DNA of 64,000 bases from Paraspadella gotoi. Lineage: Eukaryota; Animalia; Chaetognatha. The DNA lies in assembly GCA_051294375.1 (NCBI GenBank), contig CM119265.1, positions 12,888,124-12,952,123 of the forward strand, given 5' to 3'. This document shows positions 60,282-64,000 of this stretch, one piece after another; within the stretch, counting starts at the first letter, position 1, and every line of letters starts with the position of its first letter. Under the pieces are notes generated by a model. The model searched no databases and was not told the origin of the DNA. It saw only the letters and a list, made by a program, of their open reading frames with translations. The translations under genes and the position numbers were made by a program.

Positions 60282-63200
60282 CTACTGACCCTGAGTAGGC
60301 CACTGGCCCCAATGTTGCCAGCCCTGGGGGGCCGTGGCCGCAGGGGCTGCCTGGCCCCAGCCTTGAGGAGCGCCGGGAACGCCACCTTGAGGCTGTTGGC
60401 CCCAGCCCTGAGGGGCCTGGGCTTGCTGAGCCCCGCCCTGCGCTTGTGGAGAGTTGGTAGTCGGTGGCTGCGGAGCCGCTGCCGCCGCCTGTGGGTCTCC
60501 GCCTGCGTTGGGTGTTTGCTGTTGCTAGAGGGACAAAAATTAAAAAAACATTTGTAATCATAAGCCTTGAACATTGAACAATTCCCTTACAGTTACACTG
60601 ACGATGGAGTGAATAAAAAGGGTAAAGAGGGTAACGTTTAATGCTACCCCGTGAGCCAAATCCACTGACACGAAACAAATAATTCCCATGGTTTACTGCA
60701 TCGGTCACTTTTAGGTCGGTCAGTCCCACTTACGTTAAAAATGTATATAATTCTCTTATTATTGTTCAAATATAAGTGTCTGCTAGCGCCGCCTTCAGGA
60801 AATCCAAATACTATAAAGAATAAAAGACGGAATACTAATAGTAAGATATTGTTTTCTTTTAAAGTTGTTTCAATAAAATATTGTGACCAATAAGGTGAAG
60901 TGAAAGTTTGGAATCAAAATTTAGCAGTTATATCTTGAAAACTATTATATTAATGAATACTAATTTATAGTTATTTTTTTTTTATAAATATAGTATCCCA
61001 GTCAGCTTATTTTCTATATAGTACTACCCTTATATAATGTCAAAATTTCAAAATGTTTATTTTTAAATTCTGAGAACAGATTCAGATTCCTTGTTAAAAG
61101 TTGTTAAAAGAAAATATAAATCTTTTTTAAAAATTATGTCATTAAGTAGGTTAAAATTATAAAAAACCATATTTTTAAGCTCGAAATTAAAAATAGGCAT
61201 CTTAAATATAGTTTTTAGATTTTTTACCAACTTAATATATGAAAGTATAATTCTTTTTTAAAAATTCTTTCATTAACTTTTTACAAGGAATCCAAATCCA
61301 ATCTTAAATTTTGAAATTTTAACCATTATATACTTATTACTATATATAAATGTAGCTCACTGGTGCCCACTAATGTATGAAATTAAAAAATAAATTTACT
61401 AAAGTATTTTTAATGATTTTTATTTTTACGTTTTATATGCTAAATTTTAAATTTCTAAAATTTTATCATTTTCACATAACTCTAGTGACCAATACAGCAC
61501 AACATCAACTGCATAATTTTTTTGTTACAAAAAGAATCAGGTCAAGTTTTAACAGGTCACATATGAATTTTTTTTTAATAAGTCTTGCAACCTATTTTAA
61601 ACCATGTTTTTAACATTTTAAAAACGTCAATGATTTATAAAAAATTGCAAGGTTACTTGTTTTACTAAATTAGACTTGTGTAATATGTTGTGATCAAATT
61701 CTCTTAATGATTGGTAGGTCACATTATAAATTCTTACTTCGTGTCAGTGGATTTGGCTCACGGGGAATTATTAAGAAAAATACAGTGCGTCCCAATGGTA
61801 CTGTCGGCTAACTTTTACATATTGTGCGGAACTGTGATATTAAATCTTATTTCTGAGATAACAAAGTTCTTACCATTTATGATACTACATTTCGAATTCA
61901 ATTTTTATCAATTTTTCTTTGCAGAACATTTTATTTAAATGAGTGATCATTTCTCACTTTTTAAAATTTTTAATAATTTTTTTATATTTTAAAATAAATT
62001 TTATTAAACAAATTACATAAAAACAATTTTAAATAGATATAAATTATTTAGATTTAAATTTGTATAAAATAAGTTAATAAATAAAAAGAAATAAACAAAT
62101 ATTAAAAAAAATTTACTAATTGCTTTATGAAATTGGTACAACCAATATAAAAATTATCCATTCATTTAATAAATAAGCTATCTTACCCCTGACTTTGGAC
62201 AGGCTTTGGTGGTTTAAGGCCTCCATCACTCTTACAAGATAATGACATAGCAGGTCCCTGCAAGCTTTCAATCAAGACTCTCTCACAGTCTCGTTTATTC
62301 ACTCCCAGAGTACCTGGCTTTCCTATCAATGAAGTGGTATAATATTTCAAAGAATGTTTCAATTGTATGAAAAGACCACTCCCTTAAGTATTAGATCGGG
62401 GAATACTTATTGTACTCCGCACTAGCATCAAAATACAAGGAGCTGAATTTTATGAAATTGGTACAACCAATATAAAAATTATCCATTCATTTAATAAATA
62501 AGCTATCTTGCCCCTGACCCCTGTAATAACTACAGTAGTTTGCTTTGTTCAATTTTAAAAATTTAGGTATCCTATAAAATGGTCCATACTTGTGCGCATG
62601 CTAATTATAATGAATTAAAGTTTTTCGATCTGGTATAGGAGCAGTAAGCTTTTCTTAACAGACAGTACCATTGGGACACACTGTATTAAAATAATTATTT
62701 AAAAATCATAACTAGTTTCCGGTATAAAATATTGAATAAAACTTACCATGCGCTGTAGATTTTGGGCGTGCTGCTGCATTATAAGCTCAGCGTAGTAATG
62801 GTTCCCCTGTTGCCTGTAATACTCGGCCCATGCCAAGCTGTAGTCAGGTTGGCCGCCCGCTCCGGTCGTGGCTCCAGCCTGGGCATTCATGGTGGCTGGA
62901 AATAAAACGCATTATATATATATATATATAAATAAAAATAAAAAAAATAAAAAAAAAACCGAGAAAATTTGGACAAATTTTAAACTTGGTAAAAACCTGG
63001 TTCAGCTGGGTTCGAGGTTTGCTGTCCTCCCCATTGGCCATTGGCTTGTTGTCCACCCCATTGGCCATTTGTCTGTTGTCCTCCCCACTGTCCACTGTTA
63101 ATTTGGCCGGTCCCATTGGCGGCCGGTGCTCCCCACTGGCCACCAGGTGCGGCCGGGCCGGAGGCCTGCATGTTACCCCATCCGCCGGCCGCCGGCGCCG

Positions 63201-63940
63201 CCATCTGTCCGGACCCCTGGGCTCCCTGACCCTGAGGACTGCCCCACATTCCAGGCCCACCCATTCCACCTTGCGGACCTTGTTGACCGGCGCCTGTAAA
63301 GCAAACAATATTAAAGGGAAAAATGCCTGTAATCAAACAATATTAAAGGGAAAAAATTGAAGGCAAAATGCAAGGAGATTCTTACCTCCGCCCATGGGCG
63401 AGGTTGCCAACCCAATCTTCTCAGAAATCATTCTTTGGGCTGTTTGAATCTGATCCCCGTTCCCGCGAATGATGAACAATTTCTCAGAAGGGTTGGGCGG
63501 TGGAGCACGACTCAACTCCACGTGGGCGCCGGACATGTTCTTTATTTCTCGGATAGTCTCGCCGCCTGGGATTAATCCGTGATACAAAATTAAAAAACGA
63601 TTAAAGTTTGAAAATATTAAGACGAGGAATATAAAACAAACATAACATTATATTGGTTGTACCAATTTCATAATATTATTACCTTTCCCAATGACGAGGC
63701 CACACTTGTCGGCCGGGACGGGGAACTGCACTTCGTCTTGATAACCACCTGCACCGCCGTTGACTTGGCCAGCGCCGCCCATCCAGCCACCTCCTTGACC
63801 GCCGCCCCCTTGCCGTCCGCCGGGACCGCGCCCGCCGTCCCTGGCTTTGGCTTGGGCGATCAGGTCCTGAATGATGCTGGTTGCCATTTGTATCGAATCA
63901 GGAGTACCGCTAATTGTGCATAGACGCTCGGGGGAAGTTC
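60282..63940 (-). CDS. Far upstream element-binding protein family (FUBP/KHSRP/Psi), 3' exons; the gene continues beyond the window
   Basis: KH domain VQFPVPADKCGLVIGKGGETIREIKNMSGAHVELSRAPPPNPSEKLFIIRGNGDQIQTA and the DUF1897 motif QPDYSLAWAEYYRQQG. Exons about 63940-63683, 63564-63386, 63293-62997, 62896-62748, 60524-60282. Confidence 0.92.
60647..61765. mobile_element. MITE with perfect 28-bp TIRs in the last FUBP intron
   Basis: CCCCGTGAGCCAAATCCACTGACACGAA at 60647-60674 and its exact reverse complement at 61738-61765. The interior is AT-rich with internal inverted repeats. The TSD is unclear. Confidence 0.85.
61783..62683. mobile_element. Tc1/mariner-type MITE carrying a nested insertion
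   Basis: TA-CAGTGCGTCCCAATGGTACTGTC ... GACAGTACCATTGGGACACACTG-TA: 23-bp TIR with 1 mismatch and a TA TSD. Confidence 0.88.
62126..62518 (-). mobile_element. ~390-bp element bounded by 68-bp direct repeats, probably a PLE pseudo-LTR remnant with a degenerate hammerhead
   Basis: Direct repeats at 62126-62193 and 62451-62518. On -, GTGATGGAGGCCTTAAACCACCAAAGCCTGTC lies just before the terminal repeat and resembles a mutated CTGATGAAGGCC..GGCCGAAAGCTTGTC core. Confidence 0.5.
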
Positions 63941-64000
63941 CTGAGAGAGCATAGTGGGCAAGGATTACGAGTTTACATTTACTACTGTTGTAATTCGAGA

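Overview
Eukaryotic, gene-dense window from an invertebrate animal, with AT-rich, mostly short GT-AG introns and CpG-rich exons. The + strand carries centrobin (~423-5999) followed 195 bp later by WASHC4/SWIP (6195-13784). The - strand carries a co-oriented run: FUBP/KHSRP-like KH protein (3' part), SIN3, a probable decayed gene, DDX54, a KMT2A/Trithorax-type H3K4 methyltransferase, TGS1 and an orphan basic ORF. The most striking feature is the KMT2A/Trx protein. It has the standard parts (menin-binding RFPARP, CXXC, PHD1-3, bromo-like, ePHD, FYRN, FYRC, Win, SET). In frame between FYRN and FYRC it also carries about 11 zinc fingers (10 of CCHC type), five homeodomain-like units, a PLDLS CtBP motif and a SID-like helix. 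It has a second CXXC and no recognisable Taspase-1 site. Very short same-strand spacers with U-rich tracts and unpaired splice acceptors suggest SL trans-spliced operons. Mobile DNA includes a 5'-truncated Penelope-like retroelement with inverted pseudo-LTRs carrying hammerhead ribozymes, several MITEs, a tRNA-derived SINE and unexplained structured GC-rich intronic islands. All exon coordinates were read by eye and no database searches were run.
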